Position numbers and translations under genes: made by a program. DNA of 64,000 bases from Candidatus Bathyarchaeota archaeon (GTDB lineage Archaea > Thermoproteota > Bathyarchaeia > Bathyarchaeales > Bathycorpusculaceae): the NCBI GenBank assembly GCA_963720565.1, contig CAVRFW010000006.1, positions 25,944 through 89,943 of the forward strand, in the 5' to 3' direction. The notes under the pieces were generated by a model. That model worked only from the letters and a program-made list of their open reading frames with translations. It made no database searches and had not been told where the DNA came from. Of this stretch, positions 31,100 to 41,453 are shown in pieces; the first letter of the stretch is position 1, and each line of letters begins with the position of its first letter.

Positions 31100-32301
31100 C
31101 GGGCCATTTCCTCCACGGTTTGCCGCACTTTGTCTGCTTGTTTCTTCGTCAGCGGTTCAATCAGAGCAAGGGCGGAGCGAGATATTTTCTCAGCATCTTC
31201 GCGGCTGTAACGGTCGCTGAAAATCTGCATGAAATACTCAAAAGCTTTGGTCTTTAAATCCTTAAACTCGCTCTCAAAAATAGAACGCGCAATCTCCTCT
31301 GAAACTGCACTCTCCTTCAACAAAATGACAGGATGCACAAGTAAAGCTTTCTCAGCAGCACTTCTAATATGCGCGATGTCGATTTCAACACGGCTAGCTT
31401 CAACTGGTAAAGTGCCTTTCAAAACTGGAATTATTATCGCGTTTTCCTCATCTGCATTCTTGACAAGTTGGGCAGCTAATTCAGTGATTTTAGCTGAGTT
31501 CATGCCCGAGAAATCCTGATCTACAACAACAAATTTCCTCGGGGAATCGAGCTCTATGAACTCTGGAGAAAACGCGCCCTTTTCGTTGACTTTGACGTGG
31601 CAGAATCCTTTCTTGTACTTTGCTTCGTCGTAACTAACGGTTTCGGTGCATCCACTGTAGACAAGTAAGCCGTTTTTGAACTCTCCGATGTAACGTTCAT
31701 GCACGTGTCCAGCTGCGTAGTAGTTAAATCCAGCAGGTAGAAGATCAGGCGGAATTTCAGCCTCGATGTAAGGTGGCTTGAGGCTGGGCAAATCCACTGC
31801 AGCATGGAATACGAAAATGTTGCTTGCTACTGGATCTGGTGTAGGGGGGTTTTGTTCGAAAAAAACTGGAAGGGCTTCTTCAGTTTTTCGTCTGCTTCGA
31901 TAATTAGGCACTCCATAAACATAGCAGCGATCTGGTAGACGCCAGCAGGCACCTTCCCGTCTAGGCAGATGTATTATCAAACCTGCACTGTCTAGAGGAT
32001 TCAGTATTGTACCAGTTATCATGTTGGGTGCCGAGTCATGGGATCCGTCAACAGTCAAAACGGGAATTCCAGCATCCCTAATCTGTTTGAAGCATCTTAT
32101 TGCATTCTCCAATGTTGTGTTTGAGGGACGCGCTTGGTGAAATATGTCTCCTGCGATAATCATGAAATCTGGCTTTAACTCGATTGTTTTCTCGACAATC
32201 TCAGCGAATACATCGTCAAAATCTTGCCTTCTGGCTTCTAGTCCGTATTGTGCGTATCCTAAATGCAGGTCACTGACGTGAACGAAGCTGAAAGCTTTCA
32301 A
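31096..32301 (-). CDS. mre11: Mre11/SbcD nuclease
   Basis: SDLHLG, AGDIFH, GSHDS, GHVH and YSGCTE. Confidence 0.93.
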   Translation of the reverse strand: MKAFSFVHVSDLHLGYAQYGLEARRQDFDDVFAEIVEKTIELKPDFMIIAGDIFHQARPSNTTLENAIRCFKQIRDAGIPVLTVDGSHDSAPNMITGTILNPLDSAGLIIHLPRREGACWRLPDRCYVYGVPNYRSRRKTEEALPVFFEQNPPTPDPVASNIFVFHAAVDLPSLKPPYIEAEIPPDLLPAGFNYYAAGHVHERYIGEFKNGLLVYSGCTETVSYDEAKYKKGFCHVKVNEKGAFSPEFIELDSPRKFVVVDQDFSGMNSAKITELAAQLVKNADEENAIIIPVLKGTLPVEASRVEIDIAHIRSAAEKALLVHPVILLKESAVSEEIARSIFESEFKDLKTKAFEYFMQIFSDRYSREDAEKISRSALALIEPLTKKQADKVRQTVEEMAR

Positions 32302-32466
32302 TTGTAGTTGGATTCTCCTTCTTTCATTAGCTGTATCGTCTGGCTTTAGACTGTGGAGTTGCAGGTTTTAAGCGTTTACGTAAAAAGAACAGTGGGTTTT
32401 TCCGGTTTCAAGGAATAATGTTTAAACATTCAGAGTATGTGTTGATTCTAAAAGTACGGGTAAAAC

Positions 32467-33279
32467 ATGAAATGTCAGAAATGCGGGCAGGAAACCTATC
32501 TTCCATTCCAGTGCCAGTACTGCGGTGGTCAATTCTGCAATGTTCACCGCTTGCCAGAGAACCACCTTTGCCCAAACATTGATCTTGCTCGAGCACAAAA
32601 AAACGAGAAAGTTATGGTGAAGAGTGATTCCACTTCGTATGAGTACACGGTTTCGCTTGGACAACCTCTGCAAACCAAAGGGCATGTTTACTTCAGTCCT
32701 AAAGAGCTGAAACATTTGGCTGCGGCAGCGTTGCTTGTGATAGGCGTTGGGTTTTCTGCAGGTCTTTACATGAGTAGCGTGGTATCTTCGTTGATGCTTG
32801 TCTTGACTGCTTCAGCAATCATTTTAGCAACATCTTTTTTTGTTCACGAAATAGCCCATAAGGTCACTGCGCAGAAACGAGGATTATGGGCAGAGTTTCG
32901 TTTGACAACTTGGGGAGCGTTGTTGACTTTGGTTTTCATGGTTTTGCCTACCCCGTTTAAGTTAATCTCTCCAGGCGCGGTTATGATTTCTGGATCTGCT
33001 CGAAGTGACGATATAGGAAAAATATCGATTGCTGGACCCATAACCAACATTGTTTTGTCGGGCACACTCTTGTGCGCTGCTTTGATTCCGAGTTCGATTT
33101 CCTCGATTTTGCTCTTGGGTGCGCTTATCAACGGGTACATAGCTGTCTTTAATCTGATCCCGATTGGAATCCTTGACGGTTTTAAAATCTTTAGTTGGGA
33201 TAAGAAGATTTGGGTTCTGGCTTTCGGTGCAAGCGCAGTTCTATTGGCGATCTCGTACGTTATGTTCTACTCTTACTAG
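32467..33279 (+). CDS. AN1-type zinc finger fused to an M50 intramembrane metalloprotease
   Basis: CQKC...CQYCGGQFCNVHRLPENHLC, HEIAH, AGPITN and FNLIP...LDG. Confidence 0.9.
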   Translation: MKCQKCGQETYLPFQCQYCGGQFCNVHRLPENHLCPNIDLARAQKNEKVMVKSDSTSYEYTVSLGQPLQTKGHVYFSPKELKHLAAAALLVIGVGFSAGLYMSSVVSSLMLVLTASAIILATSFFVHEIAHKVTAQKRGLWAEFRLTTWGALLTLVFMVLPTPFKLISPGAVMISGSARSDDIGKISIAGPITNIVLSGTLLCAALIPSSISSILLLGALINGYIAVFNLIPIGILDGFKIFSWDKKIWVLAFGASAVLLAISYVMFYSY

Positions 33280-33313
33280 AATGGATATGGATGAATTCTA
33301 AAATTCTAGATTG

Positions 33314-33622
33314 TTAGACTAGTTCTATTGTCACATGGACTTCTTCTGGAACACGGATACGCATTATGCGCCTCATGACACGTTCTTCAGAGTCAATTTC
33401 AATAAGGCGTTTGTGGATTCGCATCTCCCATCTGTCCCATGTGGCTGTACCTTCACCGCAAGGAGACTTTAACACGGGTACGCGGAGTCTTTTTGTCGGC
33501 AGTGGCACCGGACCATTAATTTTGACGCCTGTTTTGAGGGCTATGCTGCTCAGTTCTGAACATACCTCTTCAAGCTTCTTGTAATCTGTGCTTGTTAAGC
33601 GGATTCGCGCTTTTCTTACCAT
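33314..33622 (-). CDS. rps10: 30S ribosomal protein S10
   Basis: [14 protein letters not shown] and MRIHKRLI. Confidence 0.97.
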   Translation of the reverse strand: MVRKARIRLTSTDYKKLEEVCSELSSIALKTGVKINGPVPLPTKRLRVPVLKSPCGEGTATWDRWEMRIHKRLIEIDSEERVMRRIMRIRVPEEVHVTIELV

Positions 33623-34058
33623 TTTTCGCCAATCAATCCGTGCTCTGTCATTTTAAGGTGACTACCTTAGGAATTTAAGCGGCACATAAAAACCTATCGA
33701 CCGACAAAATGTCGTATCAACCCAGATTTCCAAGATGGTTGAACCAGTTCTAGCTTGTGCAAAATTCACCCGTGTTCTGTTCACAAAATGGCTAGTGTAT
33801 TTCCAGCAACTTTGCGCCGCTTATCGTAATTACACCTGATTTTATTTGCATAACGGCAAGAGTGATATAAGATGGAAACCTGAATCATGATTTTCTTCTT
33901 CCACCAGTCAATATGGATGGAAAGGATTCAGAGGCTGCTTTGCGTCTTGTGAGTTAAGAGTTCCAATTTGAGGTCGCCCAACAGGTTTTAAATATTGTTT
34001 GAAATTCATATAGCACGCTGTACACAGGATTGTGTGTTATTGTTATAGGCGAGAAAGG

Positions 34059-36461
34059 ATGAGCCGAAATGGAACTGTCTTGGCGATTGCTTTGCTTCTA
34101 ACTTTGGCTATTGCAGAGTCTTTGGTTGCGATCCCACGCGTTGAGGCGGTTGATGTTGGAACCAGGGCTTTCCTCTCTGTTGCGCCAAACCCTGTCGGTG
34201 TTGGCCAAAAAGTTCAGGTTACAATATGGGTGAATCCTATTGTGCCTACGGCAGGAGAAGTATTTCACGGTTTCACGGTCGACATTACCAGGCCTGACGG
34301 AACCACAGAAACTAAAGGACCGATGGACTCTTTCGTGATGGGGGGAGTATTCTTTGAGTATACGCCCAATGCCACGGGAATTTACAGATTAGTGTTCAAG
34401 TATCTGGGACAGACAGTTTCCACAGGTGACGATTATTTGCCCTCCGAGTCTCCGGCTGCAGAACTCACAGTACGGCAAGAACCAACTCCATCATTGCCTG
34501 AGAGCCCGATTCCGACCGATTACTGGACACGGCCAATAAACAGTGAAAATAGGGGTTGGGCTTCAATCGCGGGCAACTGGTTGATGCTCGGCTACAACTC
34601 CACTTACAGCATGGGCTTTGGCGACTCGACTTCGGGGTTTAATCCGTACACGCAGGCCCCGAGATCTGCTCATGTAATGTGGACAAAGGAATTAGCTTTG
34701 GGAGGACTAGTAGGGGGGGAACTTGACTCCTTCGGGTATTATACTGGTCAATCCTATGATCCTTACTTCGCTCCTCCGATAATATTGAACGGCAGAATAT
34801 ACTACAGAATGGGCAAGAGCGGATGGTTGGGACAGGGATACTACCCAGGCTTTGTCTGTGTTGACTTACGCTCCGGAGAGGAGTATTGGAGAAACGAAGA
34901 AGGGTATATTGATCTGGCTCAAATCACGAAATCCTCTTCGTTTGATGGGCAAGGAGGGATACCTTACCTCTGGGATGTGACAGGGTCAACTTGGGATGTG
35001 TACGACCCTTTCACCGGGAAATGGGCTTTCGCTTTTGACGGAGCAGTTTCCGGCTTGGATTTTGGGAGCAAGTGGTGGCCTGATGCGATTACTCTGGACA
35101 GTGAGGGAAAGCTTGAAGTTTTCATTCTCAATGGAAAAGCAAACTGGCTTGCCAAGTGGTCACAAGCCAAGGCTGAGAAAGAAAATGTAATGTATTTTAT
35201 TGGGCAGCTGCCAGACACCTACGATTGGAAGCTCGGCGTCGAATGGAACGTCACAATTCCAAACAGGCAGGCTGCAGATCCATTGGGCAACATTGTTGGA
35301 CCAGTAAAGCAAGTTTTAACGGGTAACGTGTTGATAGCAAAAGTGACTGATGGCGGTAACTGGGTCAAGTATGAGGTTGCCTACAGCCTAACCACAGGAG
35401 AAGAACTCTGGGTCAACGAAAACCCGGTGCAGACGTGGTTTTGCGTCGCTGGAGATGGAGTCTACGCTTCCTTCAGCTACTCAGAGATGAGGTGGACCGG
35501 GTATGATGCCCAAACAGGAATTCAACTATGGATAAGTGACCTAAACTCGTACCCCTGGGGAAGCTATGTAAGCTACGCTCCAGCCATTGCACGCGGAAAG
35601 CTGTATTCGGGGTCCTTTGATGGGTACATGCACGCTTTCGACATTAAAACGGGCAAGGAAGTCTGGAAAGCCGGAGGCGGAGTTAACCCTGAAATCGGGG
35701 TTGGAATTTGGCCCATGTGGTCTGGCCCCATCATCGGCGGCAACATTGTTTTTTGCGGCAACGGCGAAGAAACCCCAACTCAGCCCCTGTCCAAAGGAAA
35801 CAGGATATTCGCGTTCGACGCTGAAACCGGAGAAGAAATTTGGAGCATGGGCGGGTACATGAGTCTGAGAGCTATAGCAGACGGCTATCTGGTAGGATAC
35901 AATGGATATGACAATCGAATCTACTGTTTCGGGAAGGGACCAAGCGCTACAACAGTAACAGCGTCGCCTAAAGTCACTCTTAGAGGAGCCGGCGTGTTGA
36001 TTGAAGGCACAGTTACTGACCAGTCAATAGGTACGAAGAATACTCCAGCCATTGGGGATGAATATATGAGCGAGTGGATGGAGCATGTTCACATGCAGAA
36101 GCCTTGTCCAGAAAACGTGGAAGGCGTAGAAGTAGTTTTAACTGCTATTGACCCTAACGGTAACCTGCAGGAAATCGGGAGGGTCAAGAGTGATTCAAGT
36201 GGATTGTTCAAAAAGTTGTTCACCCCAGATACCCCGGGGGAATACGTTATCACGGCAACCTTCAAGGGGTCAGAATCCTACGGCAGTTCTCGCGCGACAA
36301 CAGCTGTTGGAGTGTTAGGCGCGTCTTCAAATGGAGATCAATCAGACTCTTTCTTTGAATTTAAGCTGTACATAATCGTCGCTACAGCAGCAATTATCGC
36401 GGCCATAGCAATAGTTGGATGGTTATTGCTGAGGAAAAGTCGGATGACAACACGTGATTAG
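34059..36461 (+). CDS. Secreted, C-terminally anchored PQQ-like beta-propeller protein with Ig-like domains
   Basis: Signal peptide, repeated [DS]xxTGxxxW motifs and a C-terminal TM helix with basic tail. Confidence 0.85.
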   Translation: MSRNGTVLAIALLLTLAIAESLVAIPRVEAVDVGTRAFLSVAPNPVGVGQKVQVTIWVNPIVPTAGEVFHGFTVDITRPDGTTETKGPMDSFVMGGVFFEYTPNATGIYRLVFKYLGQTVSTGDDYLPSESPAAELTVRQEPTPSLPESPIPTDYWTRPINSENRGWASIAGNWLMLGYNSTYSMGFGDSTSGFNPYTQAPRSAHVMWTKELALGGLVGGELDSFGYYTGQSYDPYFAPPIILNGRIYYRMGKSGWLGQGYYPGFVCVDLRSGEEYWRNEEGYIDLAQITKSSSFDGQGGIPYLWDVTGSTWDVYDPFTGKWAFAFDGAVSGLDFGSKWWPDAITLDSEGKLEVFILNGKANWLAKWSQAKAEKENVMYFIGQLPDTYDWKLGVEWNVTIPNRQAADPLGNIVGPVKQVLTGNVLIAKVTDGGNWVKYEVAYSLTTGEELWVNENPVQTWFCVAGDGVYASFSYSEMRWTGYDAQTGIQLWISDLNSYPWGSYVSYAPAIARGKLYSGSFDGYMHAFDIKTGKEVWKAGGGVNPEIGVGIWPMWSGPIIGGNIVFCGNGEETPTQPLSKGNRIFAFDAETGEEIWSMGGYMSLRAIADGYLVGYNGYDNRIYCFGKGPSATTVTASPKVTLRGAGVLIEGTVTDQSIGTKNTPAIGDEYMSEWMEHVHMQKPCPENVEGVEVVLTAIDPNGNLQEIGRVKSDSSGLFKKLFTPDTPGEYVITATFKGSESYGSSRATTAVGVLGASSNGDQSDSFFEFKLYIIVATAAIIAAIAIVGWLLLRKSRMTTRD

Positions 36462-36463
36462 CA

Positions 36464-36703
36464 TTACCCTAGATTTTCTAAGTAATCCAGAAATTCACTC
36501 AATTCTTCTTTGTTCATGCTAGATATGGAAGTGCGTTCTGCCTTGATGTATTTGCGAAGGGCATCCAAGCAGTCTTTTGCTCTTACGTCTTTCCTAACGG
36601 TTTGGATTTGGTCACGTTCTATTTTTATTCTGTAGAGTGTCGCCAAGAAGGTTGCGAAGACGACTAGAGTGTTGCTCACTATGACTATGATTTCCAAGCT
36701 CAT
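36464..36703 (-). CDS. Small hypothetical protein with an N-terminal TM helix
   Basis: 79-aa ORF with GGGGCG upstream. Confidence 0.6.
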   Translation of the reverse strand: MSLEIIVIVSNTLVVFATFLATLYRIKIERDQIQTVRKDVRAKDCLDALRKYIKAERTSISSMNKEELSEFLDYLENLG

Positions 36704-36829
36704 ATTAATCGCCCCGTGTCCCTACCATGTAGAAAATCAATCTGTAATGAAGGGATATATCATTTTTTAGGTGTGTGAAATCTTATTAGCCGTCAATATA
36801 GTATATCCAGTATATTCTCGGGGGTTTCC

Positions 36830-38599
36830 TTGTTGGAATACACGATAATCGCAGATGCTTACGAAAGAATCGAGGCGACTACGAAAAGGCTGGAAATGAC
36901 TGATTTACTGGTGGAACTGCTGAAAAAAACCCCAAAGAGCACAATTGGCAAAGTTGTCTATTTGACACAAGGAAAGATATACCCAGATTTTGTCGGTTTA
37001 GAGATAGGTGTAGCTGAAAAACTTGCTGTCAAAGCCCTATCACGTGCTTCAGGGATAAAAAATGTCGAGCTTTCTAAACTCCTTGCCAAAATCGGTGACG
37101 TCGGCGAGGTGACAGAAGAAGTCATAAAAAGAAAAAAGCAAGCCACGTTAGGAGCACCGAAAACCCTGACAGTTGAGCGAGTTTACGAAGTTCTAGACAA
37201 AATGGCTAAGACGCTGGGTTCAGGCGCCGTAGACTCCAAGATGGCGCTTTTGGCCGGATTGCTGTCACATGCATCGCCTAAAGAGGCCAAATACATAATG
37301 CGAACCGTCACAGGCAACCTGCGCTTGGGCATCGCTGACATGACTGTTCTGGATGCTTTAGCGATAGCATACGGAGGCGGCAAAGAATCTCGCGAACTTG
37401 TAGAACGTGCTTACAACATCTCTTCTGACCTTGGCAGAGTGGCAAACGTCTTGGTTGAGAAGGGATTGGATGGAATAAAGAAGTTTCAAGTGATGGTTTT
37501 TGAGCCGATTCGGCCTATGTTGGCTGAGAGGCTGCCTTCTCTCGAAGAGATTTTGGAAAAACTTGGGGGAAAATGTATTGCCGAGTACAAGTATGATGGT
37601 GAACGCATCCAAGCGCATAAGAAAGATGACAGAGTAGTGTTGTTTTCCAGACGTTTGGAGAACATTTCCGACCAGTATCCAGACGCAGTTGAACTCATCA
37701 AAGATAAGATAAAAGCAAAGGAAGCTATACTAGAAGCTGAATGCGTAGCAATGGATCTTGAAACAGGCGAAATGAGACCATTCCAAGAGTTGATGCACCG
37801 CCGGAGAAAATACGGGGTTGAAGCCGCTATGGAGCAGTACCCCGTTTCGCTTTTCATGTTTGACGCCCTCTACTTGGATGGGAAGGATTTGACGTTCGAA
37901 ACTTATCCAACTCGACGAAAAGCTCTTGAAAACACGCTCAGGGGTAACGACACTGCCAAAGTGGCTAAACACATAATCGCGCATAGCACGAAAGAACTTG
38001 AGGAATTTTTTGAGGAAGCCATAGAGAACGGATGCGAAGGTTTGATTTGTAAAGCCATAGGAAAAGACTCAGTATACCAAGCGGGAGCTCGAGGATGGCT
38101 CTGGATAAAGTACAAACGTGATTACAAGAGTGAGATGACGGACACGGTTGACCTCGTGGTCGTGGGCGCTTTTCACGGGAGAGGAAGACGTGCTGGAACC
38201 TATGGTGCCTTGCTTCTAGCCACGTACAATAAAGAAAGAGATGTTTTTGAAACAGTCACAAAGTGCGGGACCGGTTTCACTGACAAAGACTTGGCGGGTT
38301 TCCCCGAGATTCTGAAGAAACATGAAGTCCCTCGCAAACACTCACGCGTTCTGTCCACTCTTGAGGCTGATATTTGGTTTGAACCTGCCGTAGTTCTGGA
38401 AATACTTGGGGCTGAAATCACGCTGAGCCCTATCCACACAAGTGCTATGGATTCCGTAAGAAAGAGAAGCGGTTTAGCTATAAGGTTTCCAAGATTCACT
38501 GGAAAGTACAGAACGGATAAAGCAGCAGAAGACGCTACCACTTCTGAAGAAGTCTTGGAAATGTACCATAAGCAACTCAAGAAAATCAGCGACACATAG
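36830..38599 (+). CDS. lig: ATP-dependent DNA ligase
   Basis: EYKYDGER, EGLICK, WIKYKRDY and IRFPRF. Confidence 0.97.
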   Translation: MLEYTIIADAYERIEATTKRLEMTDLLVELLKKTPKSTIGKVVYLTQGKIYPDFVGLEIGVAEKLAVKALSRASGIKNVELSKLLAKIGDVGEVTEEVIKRKKQATLGAPKTLTVERVYEVLDKMAKTLGSGAVDSKMALLAGLLSHASPKEAKYIMRTVTGNLRLGIADMTVLDALAIAYGGGKESRELVERAYNISSDLGRVANVLVEKGLDGIKKFQVMVFEPIRPMLAERLPSLEEILEKLGGKCIAEYKYDGERIQAHKKDDRVVLFSRRLENISDQYPDAVELIKDKIKAKEAILEAECVAMDLETGEMRPFQELMHRRRKYGVEAAMEQYPVSLFMFDALYLDGKDLTFETYPTRRKALENTLRGNDTAKVAKHIIAHSTKELEEFFEEAIENGCEGLICKAIGKDSVYQAGARGWLWIKYKRDYKSEMTDTVDLVVVGAFHGRGRRAGTYGALLLATYNKERDVFETVTKCGTGFTDKDLAGFPEILKKHEVPRKHSRVLSTLEADIWFEPAVVLEILGAEITLSPIHTSAMDSVRKRSGLAIRFPRFTGKYRTDKAAEDATTSEEVLEMYHKQLKKISDT

Positions 38600-38678
38600 C
38601 TAAATATAGATACTTTTTGATTGATGCTGCAAACCTTGATAAACACAATTAACACAGAATAGTACTTGTGTGGAAGGA

Positions 38679-39284
38679 ATGTCCCAAGACTCAGAAAGAA
38701 TGAAAGCTCTCGTTGCATTCAAAAAGAAACTGGAAAAGAGAATTGAGGAATTAGACTCTGAGACTAAGGAATTTCAAGCTACTCTAGACACAGTCAATTC
38801 TATTCTACTCGAAAAAGGATTCAAACGAGGAGATATTAAAGAGATACCCACCACGCCCAAAGATGTTGCACTGCCAAAGGAAGCACCCGTAGTTACGCGT
38901 GAAAAGCCCGCTTTGCAGCCTGCAACTGAGCCAGAGAGTGTCATACCATTGAAAACGTTTGATGATGAACCCCTAGCGATAATATACGTTGACAAGCATT
39001 CTCTGCATGTATTACCAGACGAGAGCAAAAACTTCAGCGTTAACACGCCCCCTTTCAGCAATTTTCTTATTGAAAGAGTTCTGGCGAAGATGCAGGAGAA
39101 AGACAACGAACTTGTTCGAATGGGCCAGCTAACTCCTGAAAAAATGTTTGCGTATAACATCGTGCGTGAATCCGATTTGATACGTGAAATAGTTATCAGG
39201 AATGTCGATGAAGAGCGTTTGAGAGAGCTGAAATCCAGCATTAGATGGACTTTAGAAAAGATGTACGAAAAAATGAAGAAGTGA
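38679..39284 (+). CDS. Hypothetical protein with an N-terminal coiled coil
   Basis: About 200-aa ORF: coiled coil, Pro-rich linker, alpha/beta domain. Confidence 0.75.
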   Translation: MSQDSERMKALVAFKKKLEKRIEELDSETKEFQATLDTVNSILLEKGFKRGDIKEIPTTPKDVALPKEAPVVTREKPALQPATEPESVIPLKTFDDEPLAIIYVDKHSLHVLPDESKNFSVNTPPFSNFLIERVLAKMQEKDNELVRMGQLTPEKMFAYNIVRESDLIREIVIRNVDEERLRELKSSIRWTLEKMYEKMKK

Positions 39285-39292
39285 AGCGAAAC

Positions 39293-39619
39293 CTACTCAA
39301 GATATTTCTTGAGGAGGGCTTCAATGTTTTTCTTGGGGCACATACCCACAAGCCTCTCAACTTCAACGCTATCCTTGAAAACTACCATCGTAGGTATGCT
39401 AAAAACCTGAAATTTCTCGGCGGTATTCGGGTTCTCATCAACATCTAGTTTGGCAACAAGAACCTTACCTGCGAATTCTCTAGCCAATTCCTCAATCGTA
39501 GGCGCTAAGGCTCTGCATGGACCACACCATCCTGCCCAGAAGTCCAGCAAAACCAAATTGTTTTTCCTAAGGGTTTCATCAAAACTTGCGTCTGTTACGT
39601 GAAAAGGACCATTAACCAT
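39293..39619 (-). CDS. trxA: Thioredoxin
   Basis: FWAGWCGPC and SIPT. Confidence 0.96.
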   Translation of the reverse strand: MVNGPFHVTDASFDETLRKNNLVLLDFWAGWCGPCRALAPTIEELAREFAGKVLVAKLDVDENPNTAEKFQVFSIPTMVVFKDSVEVERLVGMCPKKNIEALLKKYLE

Positions 39620-39880
39620 TTAGTTTGTTCTCCTTGATTTAATGTTTTAATCCTTTTGCATTCTTTGATATAAACCGTTCGCGCTAGATAACTTGCAGGA
39701 ACAAAAGTTTCAATCAGACTAGAAAATTCTATGAACTTCCCTCATTATCAGTTTTGCTCTGCCGCGTTCTCTAAAATCGATACATTGGAATTCTGTCTTA
39801 ATCAATAATGCTTGTCGAAAAACTCTTTCCTATTCATAGCCCGTCTCGTTTCTATCTAGCAAAAGCTCGGCAAATTAACA

Positions 39881-40735
39881 TCAGGGTTTTCTGAAGACTA
39901 CAGCGGCATATCCGACGACGCTGGAGAACTCTTCTATTATGTCTCCACTGGTCTTGTGAGATAACACTACCGCAGCCTTCACGCCCAAAGCTTTAGATAA
40001 AGTCATCAAAGAGGCTATAGGACCATACCCGCAGGCGCTCACATCTTGCTTCTCAATTATCGAATAAAGCTGTTTCACGTCCAAGTCTACAATGGCTTTC
40101 AAAGCCGCTAAGTCCTTTTTGTTTACGGACGCCTGAGGTTCATAGTGTGTGAAATCTGAGGAAGAAACAACCACAGCATTTCTGTCAGCCAAGACCTTAG
40201 TCAAAACGGTGCCAATCTCCACGGCGGACTGCAAATCCTGCATTAGAAAAGACATCGGCACGAATTTGAAGTTCTTTCCATAGATGTATTGCAGGAAAGG
40301 CAGTTGAACTTCTATAGAATGCTCAAAACGATGTGCAGTACTATCAACATCGACAATTCCTGATTCCTCAACTATCCTGTTAGCTGTTTCCACGTCAATC
40401 TCCACGTTCCCAAGAGGAGTACGCCAAGAGCCCTCATTCACAAGGGCTAAACCGCTGCCGTGTCCAGTGTGATTTGGACCCAAGATTACAACAGTGTCAG
40501 GTCTACCGTCTGATGCCAATTCGTAGTAAGCTTTAGCCGCAACTGGGCCAGAATACAGGTAACCTGCATGGGGACAGACTATTCCCACGATCTTTCGGGA
40601 ACCGTCGCCATCAATTTTTGGAAGTTGCCCAGGACCGAATTTGTGTAAAAAACAGTTCTCGATTTGAATTTTTAGCGCTTCGGCGTCTCCCTCGTAGAAT
40701 TGTCCTGCTACGATTGGACGCCGAACCGTCGCCAT
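39881..40735 (-). CDS. MEMO1/AmmeMemoRadiSam protein B
   Basis: VAGQFY, PHAGYLYSG, GPNHTG, EHSIEVQLPF, SSDFTHY and ACGYGP. Confidence 0.93.
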   Translation of the reverse strand: MATVRRPIVAGQFYEGDAEALKIQIENCFLHKFGPGQLPKIDGDGSRKIVGIVCPHAGYLYSGPVAAKAYYELASDGRPDTVVILGPNHTGHGSGLALVNEGSWRTPLGNVEIDVETANRIVEESGIVDVDSTAHRFEHSIEVQLPFLQYIYGKNFKFVPMSFLMQDLQSAVEIGTVLTKVLADRNAVVVSSSDFTHYEPQASVNKKDLAALKAIVDLDVKQLYSIIEKQDVSACGYGPIASLMTLSKALGVKAAVVLSHKTSGDIIEEFSSVVGYAAVVFRKP

Positions 40736-40739
40736 TCGG

Positions 40740-41435
40740 TCAGGTGTCCTCCTCGTCTTCCCGCGAAATCTTGGCTTCAAAGTCTTCAATTGTCGCTGTC
40801 GGATCTTTGTCGGTGGCTAGTTCGCCTTTTTCCCGTAGCATTTGTCTAGCGAGGAGCCAGAAGATAACTGCCAGTGCTCTTCGGCCCTTGTTGTTTGTGG
40901 GGATGACTAAGTCTACACCTGCGAATTCGTTGTCACTACTGCATAATGCAACTATGGGTATGCCTACTCTCCCAGCTTCTTTTACAGCTTGAGCATCAGC
41001 TCGAGGATCAGAAACCAGAATTACTTCAGGGTCAATGCGACTTGAGTATTGAGGGTTTGACAATAGTCCCGGGATGAAACGGCCAATTATGGGTGTAGCT
41101 CCAGTCAACTCGCAGAACTTCTTTATTGGTTCGTGAGCGTACAGTCTGCTTGCGGCCACAGCTACTCTTGCTCGCTCAAAACGTGCTAAAAACTTGGCAG
41201 CGGTTCTAATGCGGTCATCAGTTTTTTTCACGTCCAAGACGAATAGTCCGTCGGGTCTAACGCGGTAAATGAAGGGTTCCATATCAAGGGTTTTCATTCT
41301 TGTTCCGATGTGTATTCCCGCTGACAAAAGTGTGTCTCGCGGTAGAAGGAGCCCTTCGTCGGGTGCTGATGGTGTTTCAGGTTCGACTGCAGGCTCTGCT
41401 TCAGTCGGATTTTCTTTTATTTCATCTTCTGACAT
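40740..41435 (-). CDS. rps2: 30S ribosomal protein S2
   Basis: AGIHIGT, GRFIPG and IPTNNKG. Confidence 0.97.
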   Translation of the reverse strand: MSEDEIKENPTEAEPAVEPETPSAPDEGLLLPRDTLLSAGIHIGTRMKTLDMEPFIYRVRPDGLFVLDVKKTDDRIRTAAKFLARFERARVAVAASRLYAHEPIKKFCELTGATPIIGRFIPGLLSNPQYSSRIDPEVILVSDPRADAQAVKEAGRVGIPIVALCSSDNEFAGVDLVIPTNNKGRRALAVIFWLLARQMLREKGELATDKDPTATIEDFEAKISREDEEDT

Positions 41436-41453
41436 TGTTTTTCCTCTTATTTA

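Noticed and set aside
34059..36461. True PQQ-dependent dehydrogenase
   Set aside because: Only propeller repeats are visible; no catalytic motif or pqq genes, so a surface or structural role is as likely.
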